A stretch of DNA of 64,000 nt, taken from assembly GCA_020724905.1 (NCBI GenBank), contig DYGB01000003.1, forward strand, positions 1,431-65,430. Direction: 5' to 3'. The notes under the pieces were generated by a model, which had not been told where the DNA came from, made no database searches, and was given only the letters and a program-made list of their open reading frames with translations. Shown here one piece after another: positions 43,225-53,981 of the stretch (positions are counted from its first letter, which is position 1; the number at the start of each line of letters is the position of its first letter). A program made the translations under genes and the position numbers. The DNA comes from Candidatus Paceibacter sp. GTDB lineage: Bacteria; Patescibacteriota; Minisyncoccia; UBA6257; JAGOQP01.

Positions 43225-45003
43225 CTACCTTTTTTTTATTTCTTTGTGGAGTTTTTCTACTGTTTTTTCCAAAGAAAGCTCTCCAAGTGTACCTTTTTTA
43301 TAACTACGAAGGTTAAGTGTTTTGTTCTTTTTCTCAGCATCTCCAATAATGACACTGTAAGGAATTTTTTGCATTTCAGCGAGTCGTATTCGTTTTCCAA
43401 GTGTTTCTCCACTATCAAGTGTCACTACCCTAAATCCTTCTTTTTCCAATGTTTTCCTAATAGATTGTGTATATGAAGTGTGTTTTTCTGAAATGGAGAT
43501 AAGTGCAATCTGAACAGGGGAGAGCCAGAGAGGAAATGCTCCTGCAAGGTGTTCGATAAGGACAGCAAGAAATCTTTCAATAGATCCCATAATAGCAGCA
43601 TGGATCATTGCAACACGTTCTTCTTTTCCTTTTTCATTAATATATCCCAGTGAGAATCGTTGAGGCATATTCATATCAAGTTGTATGGTAGCAACTTGCC
43701 ATTCACGCTGAAGTGAGTCTTTTGCAATAAAGTCTATCTTTGGTCCATAGAATGCTGCCTCTCCAATAGCTTCATAGTAATTTTTTCCAATACGAGAAGT
43801 AACAAGTTCTCTGAGGGCTTTTTCTGATTTCTTCCAGAGTGCTTGATCACCAAGATACTTTTCAGGGTGTTGTGGATCACCAAGAGAGAGTCGAACAGAA
43901 AGATCAAATCCAAATGAGGTGTAGAACGTATCAATAATATCCCAAATATTTCCCATCTCCTCTTTTATCTGATCGTATCGACAAAAGACGTGAGCATCAT
44001 CTTGTGTAATACAGCGTACGCGTGAGAGCCCTGCAAGCTCACCACTTTGTTCATCACGATATACCATAGTGGTGTTTGCGTATCGTTGAGGGAGATCCCT
44101 GTAGCTATGAAGTTTTCGTGCATAAATCTGTGTATGATGAGGACAATTCATTGGCTTTAAGGCAAAAAGATGATCTTCACGTGTTTGTACTTTAAAGAGT
44201 TCATCTTTAAATTTGTCCCAGTGACCACTTGTTTCATAGAGGTCTTTTTTTGTGATGTGAGGAATATCTATTTTCTCATATCCTTTTTCATGTCTCAGTT
44301 CCCAGACAAAGTCATCAAGAAGATTTCGTATCAATGTTCCTCGAGGGGTCCAAAGAGGAAGTCCTGCTCCTACAAGGGGAGAGAATGTGAACAAATCAAG
44401 TTCGACACCAAGTTTTTTATGATCCCGTTTCTTTGCTTCTTCAAGGAGCGCAAGATGTGTGTCTAATTCTTTCTTTGTTGCAAAGGCAACACCATAGATA
44501 CGGGTAAGCATGGTATTTTTCTCATCTCCTTTCCAATATGCTCCTGCAAGGTGAGTAAGTTTAAATGCCTGTGGATCTATTTCTTTTGTATTTTTCACAT
44601 GTGGCCCTGCACACAAATCAACAAACACAAGTTCTTTTTTAGTTCCTTTTTTTCTGTACGTCTCATAGAGCGAAAGTGGTTTTTTCTCACGGGTGAGTTC
44701 AGCGATAAGTTCATGTTTATATGGCTGAGACGAGAGTATTTTTTTTATCGCAGCTGGTGTTGTTGATTTCTTTTGGAATACAAGGTGTTCTTGTATGAGT
44801 TGCTTCATTCGTTTTTCAATAGAATGAAGATCTTTTTCTGAAAGGGGAGAAGGGAGGTCAAAATCGTAATAAAACCCATGTTCAATAACAGGGCCAATTC
44901 CTAATTTTGCAGTAGGGACTGTTTCAAGTACGGCGGTAGCAAGAATATGTGAAAGTGAGTGACGGACCTTGTGAATATGGTTTTCTGACGATTCTTTTTT
45001 CAT
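43225..45003 (-). CDS. thrS: threonine--tRNA ligase
   Basis: RHSLSHILA, DLCAGPH, RDHKKLG, KPMNCP, AFYGPKID, GSIERF; start moved to 45003. Confidence 0.97.
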   Translation of the reverse strand: MKKESSENHIHKVRHSLSHILATAVLETVPTAKLGIGPVIEHGFYYDFDLPSPLSEKDLHSIEKRMKQLIQEHLVFQKKSTTPAAIKKILSSQPYKHELIAELTREKKPLSLYETYRKKGTKKELVFVDLCAGPHVKNTKEIDPQAFKLTHLAGAYWKGDEKNTMLTRIYGVAFATKKELDTHLALLEEAKKRDHKKLGVELDLFTFSPLVGAGLPLWTPRGTLIRNLLDDFVWELRHEKGYEKIDIPHITKKDLYETSGHWDKFKDELFKVQTREDHLFALKPMNCPHHTQIYARKLHSYRDLPQRYANTTMVYRDEQSGELAGLSRVRCITQDDAHVFCRYDQIKEEMGNIWDIIDTFYTSFGFDLSVRLSLGDPQHPEKYLGDQALWKKSEKALRELVTSRIGKNYYEAIGEAAFYGPKIDFIAKDSLQREWQVATIQLDMNMPQRFSLGYINEKGKEERVAMIHAAIMGSIERFLAVLIEHLAGAFPLWLSPVQIALISISEKHTSYTQSIRKTLEKEGFRVVTLDSGETLGKRIRLAEMQKIPYSVIIGDAEKKNKTLNLRSYKKGTLGELSLEKTVEKLHKEIKKR

Positions 45004-45114
45004 ATACAGAAAGTGTAGCAGATTCCATGCATCAAATACAAAGGAGGCTTGTGTAGTGATAAAGAATAAGGTATATAAAGTGATAAGAACATTAATAGGA
45101 TAAAGGAGGGATGT

Positions 45115-45573
45115 ATGGATATACAAAAGAATACGATCTTTTTTGGACGGTATTTCTTTCTTAAAAAAACGAGTGGAGAAAGAAATCTTAAGGATCTTAC
45201 TGTATGTACTATTAATCCTGATGAATATAAACAATGTGGGCTCGGAGAGAAATCTCAACAAAGAGACATGTCCTCAGTGAGAACTGTAAGATTGAAAGAT
45301 ACTGTACCGTTCCGAAGAATTTTGCAGATGCTTAGTCTCAAATCAAGAGGTCTCGCGCTCACAGAGCACCAGGTATGTGAACTCTTTTCTGTTGGAGATT
45401 TTATAGTATGGTTGTCACATATTAATTCTGATGTAGTTCTATTTCTTCGGGGAGCATCGGGTCTGTGTACACTTACTCTTAAGCATAAAGATGTAGTACG
45501 GGGTACACTACAACCATGTACCTCAAACACGCTCTACAAACCGTCTGTATTACTTGTCCCATTCCATAGATAA
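45115..45573 (+). CDS. hypothetical protein
   Basis: 152-aa ORF filling the thrS-dnaE gap; no motif recognised. Confidence 0.4.
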   Translation: MDIQKNTIFFGRYFFLKKTSGERNLKDLTVCTINPDEYKQCGLGEKSQQRDMSSVRTVRLKDTVPFRRILQMLSLKSRGLALTEHQVCELFSVGDFIVWLSHINSDVVLFLRGASGLCTLTLKHKDVVRGTLQPCTSNTLYKPSVLLVPFHR

Positions 45574-45594
45574 AAGCCCCCTTTGTTAGGGGGT

Positions 45595-48500
45595 TTAATT
45601 TAATCGCAATACTTGATCACAGACAATTTTTGGATCCTCATCTCTTTCAGAGAGTTTTCCTTGAATGATAACAACGCTATTATCTTCCCATGCTTCAGGG
45701 CGTCTCTCAAGAACCTCAGAAAATACAATAATTTCAATCATATCTTTTGTATCTTCTATCTTTACAAAAGCAATGTGTTTTTTTTGTTTTGTGAGTATTC
45801 TTTTAACTGATGTTACAATTCCTCCAATGCGAATAGGGGTATGTGTGGAGACGCGTCGTTGGAGTACCTGAGAAAGGGGAGTTACCTTCTTTTTTTTAAA
45901 GAGTGTGGTATATGCGTTAAGGGGATGATCTGAAATATAAAATCCGATAAGTTCTTTTTCCCAGAATAGTTTTTGTTCAGTAGAGGCCGCTGGAGCTTCC
46001 TTAAGTGAGAGGGCTTGATCTGATGAAAAAGAAGGTCCAAAAAGATCATGGTGTCCATTAGTGGTATGTTTCTTTGCGTGTTGTGAAAACCCTAGTATCT
46101 TATCAAGGTTCTCAAGCAACACATTCCTATCGATTTCAAAACAATCAAACGATCCTGCTCGAATGAGAGATTCTAGAGATTTCTTATTTACATCTTTGTG
46201 AAGTACACGAGAAAGGAAATCAGAAAGACTTCTAAATACTCCTGCTCGTTCTCGTTCTTCAACAACAGCTTCAACGATAGCTGAACCAACATTTTTAATA
46301 GCACTTAATCCAAATCGAATACCATCATCTTCTGGGGTAAAATCGTGGAAACTTTTATTAATATCTGGGGGAAGAATAGGAATATGAACTTTTCGTGCTT
46401 CACTCACAAGAAATGAAATACGATCAATGTCATTCTTGTCTGCGTTAAACAGACTGGTCATGAATGCAATAGGGTAGTGTGTTTTAAGATACGCTGTTTG
46501 GTATGCAATCGATGCGTATGAAACAGCATGACTTCTGTTAAATCCGTATCGAGCAAAAGGAGGGAACAGATCCCAAATTTTTCGCGCTGTTTTTGGATCA
46601 ATACCACGGGTGATCATTCCTTGAGTGAGTTTTTCTTTTTGTTGATCAAGAAGTTCTTTAATTTTTTTTCCAATAGCTTTTCTGAGTGTGTCAGCTTCCG
46701 AAAGAGAGTATCCTGCCAAATCTCGTGCAATACGCATCATCTGTTCTTGGTAGATACCAATACCATAGGTAGGAGAGAGAATTGGTTCAAGTTGAGGGTG
46801 GAGATAGGACACCTCTTCTCGTCCATGCTTTCTGTTAATATAGCTTGGGATAAGTTCCATAGGTCCTGGACGATACAGGGCAACCATAGCAACAATATCT
46901 TCAAATTCTGTAGGGAGAAGCTGTCGTAGATAGCGTCTCATGCCACTTGATTCAAATTGAAATACACCGGTGGTGAGTCCTTTTTGAAATGTTTCATAGG
47001 TAGGAGCATCATCAAGAGGAAGAGACGAGGGGACAATGTCCACTCCTTCTTGATCTCTAATAAGTTTTATCGTCTTTTCTATAATCGTAAGGTTTTTGAG
47101 TCCAAGTAAATCCATTTTCAAAAGCCCTAGTGATTCAACCGTATTCATCTCAAACTGAGTAATAATTGTTGAAGGATCTTGAGGGGCAAATTGAAGTGGA
47201 AGGTATTGAGTAAGGGAACCTTTTGAGATAACAATACCGCATGCATGCACAGAAGCGTGTCGTACAACTCCCTCAAGGTGTTGTGCTGCATCAATGAGTT
47301 TATGAGCATCTGAATTGGTATCATATTCCTTTTTAAATTCAGAAACTTCAGCAAGTGTTTTTTGCAAGGTGAAGTTGAAAGGAATCATTTTTGCAATATG
47401 ATCACAGAAGGTATAAGAGAGTCCAAGAGCTCTCCCAACATCTCTGATAGCAGCACGTGATGCCATTGTTCCAAAGGTAATAATATGAGCAACACTATTT
47501 TCTCCATACTTTTCTCGTAGATATCCCATAACTTCGTCACGTCGGATATCGGTAAAATCAATATCGATATCGGGCATTTGAATACGATCAGGATTAAGGA
47601 AACGCTCAAAGAGAAGGTTGTATTTGATTGGATCAATATCGGTAATATTGAGGATATAAGATACGATACTTCCAGCGGCAGATCCTCTTCCTGGTCCAAC
47701 AACAATTTTTCGTTCCTTGGCCCAGTTTACAAAATCTTGAACAATGAGAAAGTAATCAGCATATCCAGTTTTTTCAATAACAGAGAGTTCATAGGCGATA
47801 CGATCTTTTATTTCTTGTGTTATCGTTTCATATCGCTCTGATGTTCGTTGTGATACAAGATTGGTAAGGTATTGGAAACTGGTAAGGTCTTCTGGGATAG
47901 GGAATGAAGGGAGATGAATAGTATCTAGATCAATATCAACCTGACAACGCTTCGCAATTCGTTCTGTGTTTTCTATCGCTTCTGGAATATCAGAAAAAAG
48001 CTCTTTCATTTCCTGAGGACTTCTCATTGAAAAGTCTCCAGCACGAAGAGACATACGATCAGGATCTTCTATATTGTTTCCTGTTTGTACCGCAAGAAGG
48101 ATTTCATGATAGAAGGCGTCTTCTTTTCGGAGGTAGTGAATATCTTGTGTTGCAACGAGAGGGATCTGCTCCTCACGAGCAAGGGCCACTAACAGGGGAT
48201 AGACTTTCTTTGTTTCAGGAATCTGTTCTTGTTTCCAGACTTCAATATAAAATCGATCACCAAACACGTTTTTCATTTCTCGTGCATATGCATATGCTTC
48301 TTCTTTCTGATTGTTGAGAAGAAGGTGAGAGATATATCCACTCATACATCCAGAAAGAGCAATAACACCTTCCTGGTGTTCAAAGAGAAGTTCGGTATCG
48401 ATACGTGGTTTATAATAAAAACCCTCAAGATGGGCTTTTGTAATAAGTTGTATAATATTTTGCCACCCTATAGTGTTTTGTGCCAGAAGCGTAATATGAT

Positions 48501-48756
48501 GATACGCTTTTGTTGTATGATTCTTCTTTTCAAATCTGCTTTTTGGGGCAATGTAGGCTTCAACTCCAAGAATTGGATGAACACCCTCCTTCTTTGCTTT
48601 CTTATAAAATTCTATCGCTCCATAGAGGTTCCCATGATCGGTAAGGGCGATGGCATCCATCCCCAGTTCTTTTGTGTGTGCAACTAATTCATCGATTTTA
48701 GCCAATCCATCAAGGAGAGAATAATGGGAGTGTGTGTGAAGATGAACAAAAGCCAT
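45595..48756 (-). CDS. dnaE: DNA polymerase III alpha subunit
   Basis: HLHTHSHYSLLDG PHP domain, GRGSAAGS, MPDIDID, YGFNRSH; start moved to 48756. Confidence 0.98.
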   Translation of the reverse strand: MAFVHLHTHSHYSLLDGLAKIDELVAHTKELGMDAIALTDHGNLYGAIEFYKKAKKEGVHPILGVEAYIAPKSRFEKKNHTTKAYHHITLLAQNTIGWQNIIQLITKAHLEGFYYKPRIDTELLFEHQEGVIALSGCMSGYISHLLLNNQKEEAYAYAREMKNVFGDRFYIEVWKQEQIPETKKVYPLLVALAREEQIPLVATQDIHYLRKEDAFYHEILLAVQTGNNIEDPDRMSLRAGDFSMRSPQEMKELFSDIPEAIENTERIAKRCQVDIDLDTIHLPSFPIPEDLTSFQYLTNLVSQRTSERYETITQEIKDRIAYELSVIEKTGYADYFLIVQDFVNWAKERKIVVGPGRGSAAGSIVSYILNITDIDPIKYNLLFERFLNPDRIQMPDIDIDFTDIRRDEVMGYLREKYGENSVAHIITFGTMASRAAIRDVGRALGLSYTFCDHIAKMIPFNFTLQKTLAEVSEFKKEYDTNSDAHKLIDAAQHLEGVVRHASVHACGIVISKGSLTQYLPLQFAPQDPSTIITQFEMNTVESLGLLKMDLLGLKNLTIIEKTIKLIRDQEGVDIVPSSLPLDDAPTYETFQKGLTTGVFQFESSGMRRYLRQLLPTEFEDIVAMVALYRPGPMELIPSYINRKHGREEVSYLHPQLEPILSPTYGIGIYQEQMMRIARDLAGYSLSEADTLRKAIGKKIKELLDQQKEKLTQGMITRGIDPKTARKIWDLFPPFARYGFNRSHAVSYASIAYQTAYLKTHYPIAFMTSLFNADKNDIDRISFLVSEARKVHIPILPPDINKSFHDFTPEDDGIRFGLSAIKNVGSAIVEAVVEERERAGVFRSLSDFLSRVLHKDVNKKSLESLIRAGSFDCFEIDRNVLLENLDKILGFSQHAKKHTTNGHHDLFGPSFSSDQALSLKEAPAASTEQKLFWEKELIGFYISDHPLNAYTTLFKKKKVTPLSQVLQRRVSTHTPIRIGGIVTSVKRILTKQKKHIAFVKIEDTKDMIEIIVFSEVLERRPEAWEDNSVVIIQGKLSERDEDPKIVCDQVLRLN

Positions 48757-48814
48757 AGCTCTCTCATTATATGGATAGAAACGAATATTGCAAAAAGGTA
48801 TACTAGATACATTC

Positions 48815-49411
48815 ATGAAAAAACGCTATACACACATCCTAGGAATTGATGAAGCGGGGAGGGGACCGCTTGCAGGGCCCCTCTATGTTGGTGCTGTGCT
48901 TCTTCCTCTGTCTATGCATTCATTTCCTTTTCCTCTTCGTGACTCAAAACAGATGAGCTCTCAACAACGAAAAGAAGTATTTGCATGGATACGAACCTCT
49001 CCCTTACTTTCTTATACTTTCTCATATGTATCTGCCAAGCGTATCGATACAGAAGGAATTTCTCGAAGTGTTTCTCGAGCCGCTCTTCGGTGTGTAGAAC
49101 GTATACCTCAAAAGAAGCATGCAAACTATCACCTCATTACCGATGCAGGGATAAGGGTAGAAGGATATACACATGATTCTTTTCCTCGAGCTGATGAAAC
49201 TATCCGAGCCGTCTCACTTGCCTCAGTTGTTGCAAAAGAAATGAGGGACAGATATATGGAGAGGATACATAAAGCATATCCTCAGTATGGATTTGATCAC
49301 CATAAAGGGTATGGAACAGCACACCATCAAAGGATGATACAAAGACATGGTATCTGTGCCCTACATCGGTTGACTTTCACCCGAAAGTTCCATACACTAA
49401 GCAAGACTTAA
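48815..49411 (+). CDS. rnhB: ribonuclease HII
   Basis: GIDEAGRGPLAGP, DSKQ, LASVVAK, KGYGT. Confidence 0.95.
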   Translation: MKKRYTHILGIDEAGRGPLAGPLYVGAVLLPLSMHSFPFPLRDSKQMSSQQRKEVFAWIRTSPLLSYTFSYVSAKRIDTEGISRSVSRAALRCVERIPQKKHANYHLITDAGIRVEGYTHDSFPRADETIRAVSLASVVAKEMRDRYMERIHKAYPQYGFDHHKGYGTAHHQRMIQRHGICALHRLTFTRKFHTLSKT

Positions 49412-49423
49412 CACATTTTAGAT

Positions 49424-49603
49424 ATGGGAGGAGTACCAAAAAAACATCATACGAGTTCGAAAGTAGGAAGAAGGCGATCACATCTTGCATTAAAAAAGCA
49501 GGCGGTTGTTCCGTGTTCTGAATGTAAACGTCCTCGATTACCACATCGTGCATGTGCACACTGTGGATTTTACAAAGGAAAGAAAGTTATTGAGGTAAAG
49601 TAA
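49424..49603 (+). CDS. rpmF: 50S ribosomal protein L32
   Basis: Manual translation [30 protein letters not shown] (59 aa, below ORF-track cutoff). Confidence 0.95.
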   Translation: MGGVPKKHHTSSKVGRRRSHLALKKQAVVPCSECKRPRLPHRACAHCGFYKGKKVIEVK

Positions 49604-49610
49604 ATATTAT

Positions 49611-50054
49611 ATGGCAACTCGACACCTTGCTCGATCTATCATCTTACAATCCCTCTACGAGTGGGATTTTTCTGGGAAGGAGGGAGACTTGGTATCTATT
49701 GCACAGCGAAACCTCGATGAATTCGGGCCAGGTATTAATGAGCCTGATTTTTTTTGGAAAATCATCAAAGGAGTTGTTGAACATCTTTCAGATATAGATG
49801 ATATTATCGCAAAATCTGCAACAGAATGGCCTCTTGATCAAATTACGATTATCGATCGTAACGTACTTCGTGTTGGTGTTTATGAGCTACTGTATGCTGA
49901 CCATGGGGAGGTTCCCTACAAGGTAGCCATCAATGAAGCGATTGAACTTGCAAAGAATTACGGAGGGATCAATTCAGGAAAATTTATCAATGGAGTTTTG
50001 GGGACAGTATATAAACAGGTCGCTGACGTATCTGAAGAAGAAAAGGATGAGTAA
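49611..50054 (+). CDS. nusB: transcription antitermination factor NusB
   Basis: [37 protein letters not shown]. Confidence 0.96.
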   Translation: MATRHLARSIILQSLYEWDFSGKEGDLVSIAQRNLDEFGPGINEPDFFWKIIKGVVEHLSDIDDIIAKSATEWPLDQITIIDRNVLRVGVYELLYADHGEVPYKVAINEAIELAKNYGGINSGKFINGVLGTVYKQVADVSEEEKDE

Positions 50055-50733
50055 GTATACAGATATTCAAGAGAAACTTGGTATTTCATTTTCAGATGAG
50101 ACGCTCCTTGAGGAAGCGTGTACACATCGATCATTTGTAAATGAACACCCTGAATATAAGGGAAACCATAACGAGCGACTCGAATTTCTTGGAGATGCAG
50201 TACTTGAGCTTGTGGTAACAGAATTTCTTTTTTCATCGTATCCTTCACTTGATGAAGGAACGCTGAGTGGAGTACGTGCATGGATCGTTAATACGCAGTC
50301 ACTAGCAAAAAGTGCACAGTCACTTACCCTTGATACATTTCTTCGAACCTCAAAAGGAGAGGAGGCAACAAAGGGAAAAGATTCTCTCAGGGCAAATATG
50401 CTTGAAGCAGTGTTTGGGGCACTGTATCTTGATCAAGGATATGATGCGGCAAAGGAGGTTATCACAAAGCTGTTACTACAGAATGTTGATGAAAGCATTC
50501 AAAAACAGGAGTATCGAGATCCAAAAAGTGTATTCCAAGAAAAGGCACAGGAAGAATTTAGAAAAACTCCTACCTATAAAGTAATACAACAATCTGGTCC
50601 AGATCATGATAAACTATTTGTGGTAGGTATTTATATTGGGGATAAAGAAATAGCACAGGGAGAAGGATCATCAAAACAAGAGGCCGAAACAAACGCAGCA
50701 CGAACGGGTATGTATGTTTTTAAAAAGACTTGA
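50047..50733 (+). CDS. rnc: ribonuclease III
   Basis: [12 protein letters not shown], ds[15 protein letters not shown]. Confidence 0.97.
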   Translation: MSKYTDIQEKLGISFSDETLLEEACTHRSFVNEHPEYKGNHNERLEFLGDAVLELVVTEFLFSSYPSLDEGTLSGVRAWIVNTQSLAKSAQSLTLDTFLRTSKGEEATKGKDSLRANMLEAVFGALYLDQGYDAAKEVITKLLLQNVDESIQKQEYRDPKSVFQEKAQEEFRKTPTYKVIQQSGPDHDKLFVVGIYIGDKEIAQGEGSSKQEAETNAARTGMYVFKKT

Positions 50734-52867
50734 AATAACAGGGTTTAAATCATTTGCTCAAAAAACCGTCTTCACATTTCCAGACGGTATTGTTGGTATT
50801 GTAGGACCAAATGGGTCAGGAAAATCAAACGTTATTGATGCAGTGAGATGGTTGCTTGGTGAGCGAGAAGCAAAAAATCTTCGAGGAGGTAAAATTGAAG
50901 ACCTTATCTTTTCAGGTACCGCAACTAAAGCCCGTATGTCCTATGCGCAGGTGAGTATGGTGTTTGATAATACCGATGGTCAGATACCTCTTGAGTATAA
51001 GGAGGTTGTAGTATCACGTTCTGTATCTCGATCAGGAACATCTCAATACTATATTAATGATAGTGAAGTTCGTCTCAAAGACATTGTTGATTTCTTCTCA
51101 AAGATAAAATTAGGAACAAAAGGGTTAAGTGTTATTGGACAAGGAGCGGGGGATATTTTTGTTCGGGCAAGTGCACAGGAACGAATGACAATGATTCAAG
51201 AAATTCTTGGCCTCAGGGAGTACGAGATAAAAAAACATCAGGCTCAAAGAAAGCTTTCTCATACGGTAGATAATCTTGAAAAAATACAGGCAATGATGCA
51301 AGAAGTATCTCCACGACTCCGTATGTTAAAAAAACAAACAAGTCGCTGGGAGCAACGCCTTGATGTTCAAAAGGAGTATGAAACACTGTCTCACGATGCC
51401 TACACCTATATTCTTCGCGATCTTCTAAAACAAGAAGAAGAAAGTACACGTCCTCTAGAGAGTGTAGAAAAAACAATTACAGCACTTTCAGAAGAATACG
51501 CAGAAGCGAAAAAGAAACTTGAAGCACTTGAAGAACAACATGTGACCAACGACGAGATGGAAGCTATCACAAAGCGTAAACAGGTCTGCACCCAACAACT
51601 TCAAGAAATTCAAAGAGAGATATATAAAATAGAGGCTCGAAGGGATATCCAGGAGGAAAAAGAGAAAGATACGTCAGTACGAGTGTCTTCTGAGAGTATT
51701 ACCTGGATACGTGAAACACTTAAAAAAATTCTTTCAAGTACATCACTTGAAGAGGCATTTTCGTACGTAAAAGAGATACAAAATACTGTAGAGACGATTT
51801 CTCCTCATAAACAAGTAGAAAAAGATACATCACAAGAAGAGGAGAAGCTGTATCAAGAATACAAAAAGAAACAAAAAGAAATTGAATCAGAACTCGAGAC
51901 ACATGAGAAACGAGAACATGAAATATCACAATCCCTACAATCATTTCAGGGACGATTTAAAGAGGTGTATGATATTCTTGAAACAATACGACAGAAACGT
52001 GACAGGGCACTTTCTCAAAGAGAAACACTTCATATTAATGCTGAAAGAGTTCGTTTCAAAAAGGAGGAAATTGAGCGTCAGATACGAGAATATGGGGAAG
52101 ATCTTAACGCAATCTATGCCTACGTTAAGAATGACGCACACATATCATCAATTACATCTCGTGATGAATACGAAAAGGCCCAAAGAACACTTTCAAAACT
52201 TCGAGGAGAGTTGGCAAGTATAGGGGATATTGATGAAGCTGTGGTACAAGAAGCCCAGGAAGTTGAAGCTCACTACAACCATCTTCTTCATGAGTATGAA
52301 GATCTCTCAAAGGCACTTGAAGATATAAGAACACTTATTACCGAACTTGAAGAAAAAATAACAAATGAATTCTATGAAGCCTTCAAGAAAGTGAATGAAG
52401 CATTTCATACATTTTTTGTACAAATGTTTGGAGGAGGATCAGCGCGAATGAAAGTTGTTGAAAAAAGTAGGGGTGAAGATCAAGAAGGGGAGTCAGATGC
52501 GGAACTTTACGGTATTGATATTTCACTTACCATACCTCGAAAAAAGATCCAAAGCCTCGATGTACTCTCTGGAGGAGAAAAGAGTTTAGTTTCCCTTGCT
52601 GCTCTCTTTGCGCTCATTTCTGTATCTCCACCACCATTCTTGGTTCTTGACGAGGTTGACTCAGCACTTGATGAGAAGAATTCTCGTCGATTTTCAAATA
52701 TGATCAAATCATTTTCTCAAAACACACAGTTTATTGTGGTGACACACAATAGAGTAACAATGGAAGTGGCTAATGCTCTTTATGGGGTTACCATGGATGA
52801 TGGAGGTATGTCTAAGGTTCTTTCCTTAAAACTCACTGATGATGCAGTAGAAGAACTGAATGCATAA
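50714..52867 (+). CDS. smc: short SMC-family chromosome segregation ATPase
   Basis: GFKSFA, GPNGSGKSN, LSGGEKS, LDEVDSALD, VTHN; downstream of rnc. Confidence 0.88.
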   Translation: MFLKRLEITGFKSFAQKTVFTFPDGIVGIVGPNGSGKSNVIDAVRWLLGEREAKNLRGGKIEDLIFSGTATKARMSYAQVSMVFDNTDGQIPLEYKEVVVSRSVSRSGTSQYYINDSEVRLKDIVDFFSKIKLGTKGLSVIGQGAGDIFVRASAQERMTMIQEILGLREYEIKKHQAQRKLSHTVDNLEKIQAMMQEVSPRLRMLKKQTSRWEQRLDVQKEYETLSHDAYTYILRDLLKQEEESTRPLESVEKTITALSEEYAEAKKKLEALEEQHVTNDEMEAITKRKQVCTQQLQEIQREIYKIEARRDIQEEKEKDTSVRVSSESITWIRETLKKILSSTSLEEAFSYVKEIQNTVETISPHKQVEKDTSQEEEKLYQEYKKKQKEIESELETHEKREHEISQSLQSFQGRFKEVYDILETIRQKRDRALSQRETLHINAERVRFKKEEIERQIREYGEDLNAIYAYVKNDAHISSITSRDEYEKAQRTLSKLRGELASIGDIDEAVVQEAQEVEAHYNHLLHEYEDLSKALEDIRTLITELEEKITNEFYEAFKKVNEAFHTFFVQMFGGGSARMKVVEKSRGEDQEGESDAELYGIDISLTIPRKKIQSLDVLSGGEKSLVSLAALFALISVSPPPFLVLDEVDSALDEKNSRRFSNMIKSFSQNTQFIVVTHNRVTMEVANALYGVTMDDGGMSKVLSLKLTDDAVEELNA

Positions 52868-52921
52868 GTTGACTTTTTATTATTTTTGGATAGACTAAGG
52901 TTCTGAGTAAAAACGAAATTC

Positions 52922-53443
52922 ATGCTAAGTATAAAATTACGACCAATCGGAAAAAAGAAACAGATATCATATCGTGTTGTTGTTATGCCAAAGCGATCAA
53001 AGCTACAAGGCAAATTTGTTGATGATTTGGGATGGTATAACCCACACACAAACCTTTTTAAAATAGAAAAGGAACGAGCAACTGCATGGCTCCAAAAGGG
53101 AGCACAGCCAACAGATTCAGTTCATAACATTCTCGTTGCTGCAGGAGTCAAAGAAGGAGAAAAGAAAGCAGTACATGCAAAGAGTAAGAAAGAAAAGGCT
53201 CCACAAGAAAATGCAGCGCCACAAGTAGAGGAGAAAAAAGATGAAGCGGTGGCTCAAGAAGAATCAGCACCAGCAGAACCTGCTCAAGAAGAACAAAAAG
53301 AAGAAGCGCCTCCAGTAGAGTCTGCTCCAGAAGAGAAAAAGGAAGAGGCTCCCGCAGAAGAAGCAAAACCTGAAGAAACAGCTTCTCAAGAAAAACAAGA
53401 AGAACCTCAGGAAACAAAAGAAGAAGAAGAGAAAAAAGAGTAA
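52922..53443 (+). CDS. rpsP: 30S ribosomal protein S16 with acidic C-terminal tail
   Basis: IKLRPIGKK..YRVVV, LGWYNP, GAQPTD. Confidence 0.95.
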   Translation: MLSIKLRPIGKKKQISYRVVVMPKRSKLQGKFVDDLGWYNPHTNLFKIEKERATAWLQKGAQPTDSVHNILVAAGVKEGEKKAVHAKSKKEKAPQENAAPQVEEKKDEAVAQEESAPAEPAQEEQKEEAPPVESAPEEKKEEAPAEEAKPEETASQEKQEEPQETKEEEEKKE

Positions 53444-53532
53444 CGTTGACGTTACTCTTTTTTTATCATAGCATTACTTCTAGAGCATAAAGGTCGACCT
53501 TTATACGTATAACTAATTACACAACCGCATTC

Positions 53533-53889
53533 ATGGAAAAAGACAAAGACTTTCTTGAGACTCTTGTAAAATCTCTCGTGAACTATCCTGAAGATGTTCA
53601 GGTAGAGAGAAAGATAGATGAAATGGGTGTACTTCTTACCCTGCGTGTGAACCGAGCTGACATGGGTCAGATCGTAGGACGCAACGGTTCAACAGCAAAA
53701 GCGATTCGTTCATTGCTTCGTATTGTTGGATTGAAGAACAATGCCCGTGTAAATCTCAAGATTCTTGAACCAGAAGTTGGAGAAGCTCCACAAAGAACTG
53801 AAGAAAGAACGCAGGCGCCTGCTCCAGAGCAAGCACCAGCAGCGCAATCAGAAGTGGACAAAGCAATGGAGGACCTTAAGAATCTTTAA
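53533..53889 (+). CDS. khpA: KH domain RNA-binding protein
   Basis: DMGQIVGRNGSTAKAIR; after rpsP. Confidence 0.88.
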   Translation: MEKDKDFLETLVKSLVNYPEDVQVERKIDEMGVLLTLRVNRADMGQIVGRNGSTAKAIRSLLRIVGLKNNARVNLKILEPEVGEAPQRTEERTQAPAPEQAPAAQSEVDKAMEDLKNL

Positions 53890-53981
53890 AGTGTAACAAC
53901 ACTATTTTATGCTCAGAAAAACTTCCCAGATATGGGGAGTTTTTTCTTTTCTACCTCTTTTCTGTCATACTATAAATACAT

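Noticed and set aside
45004-45261. N-terminal extension of ThrS in the ORF track
   Set aside because: Homology begins at ATG 45003, which has its own -10 element
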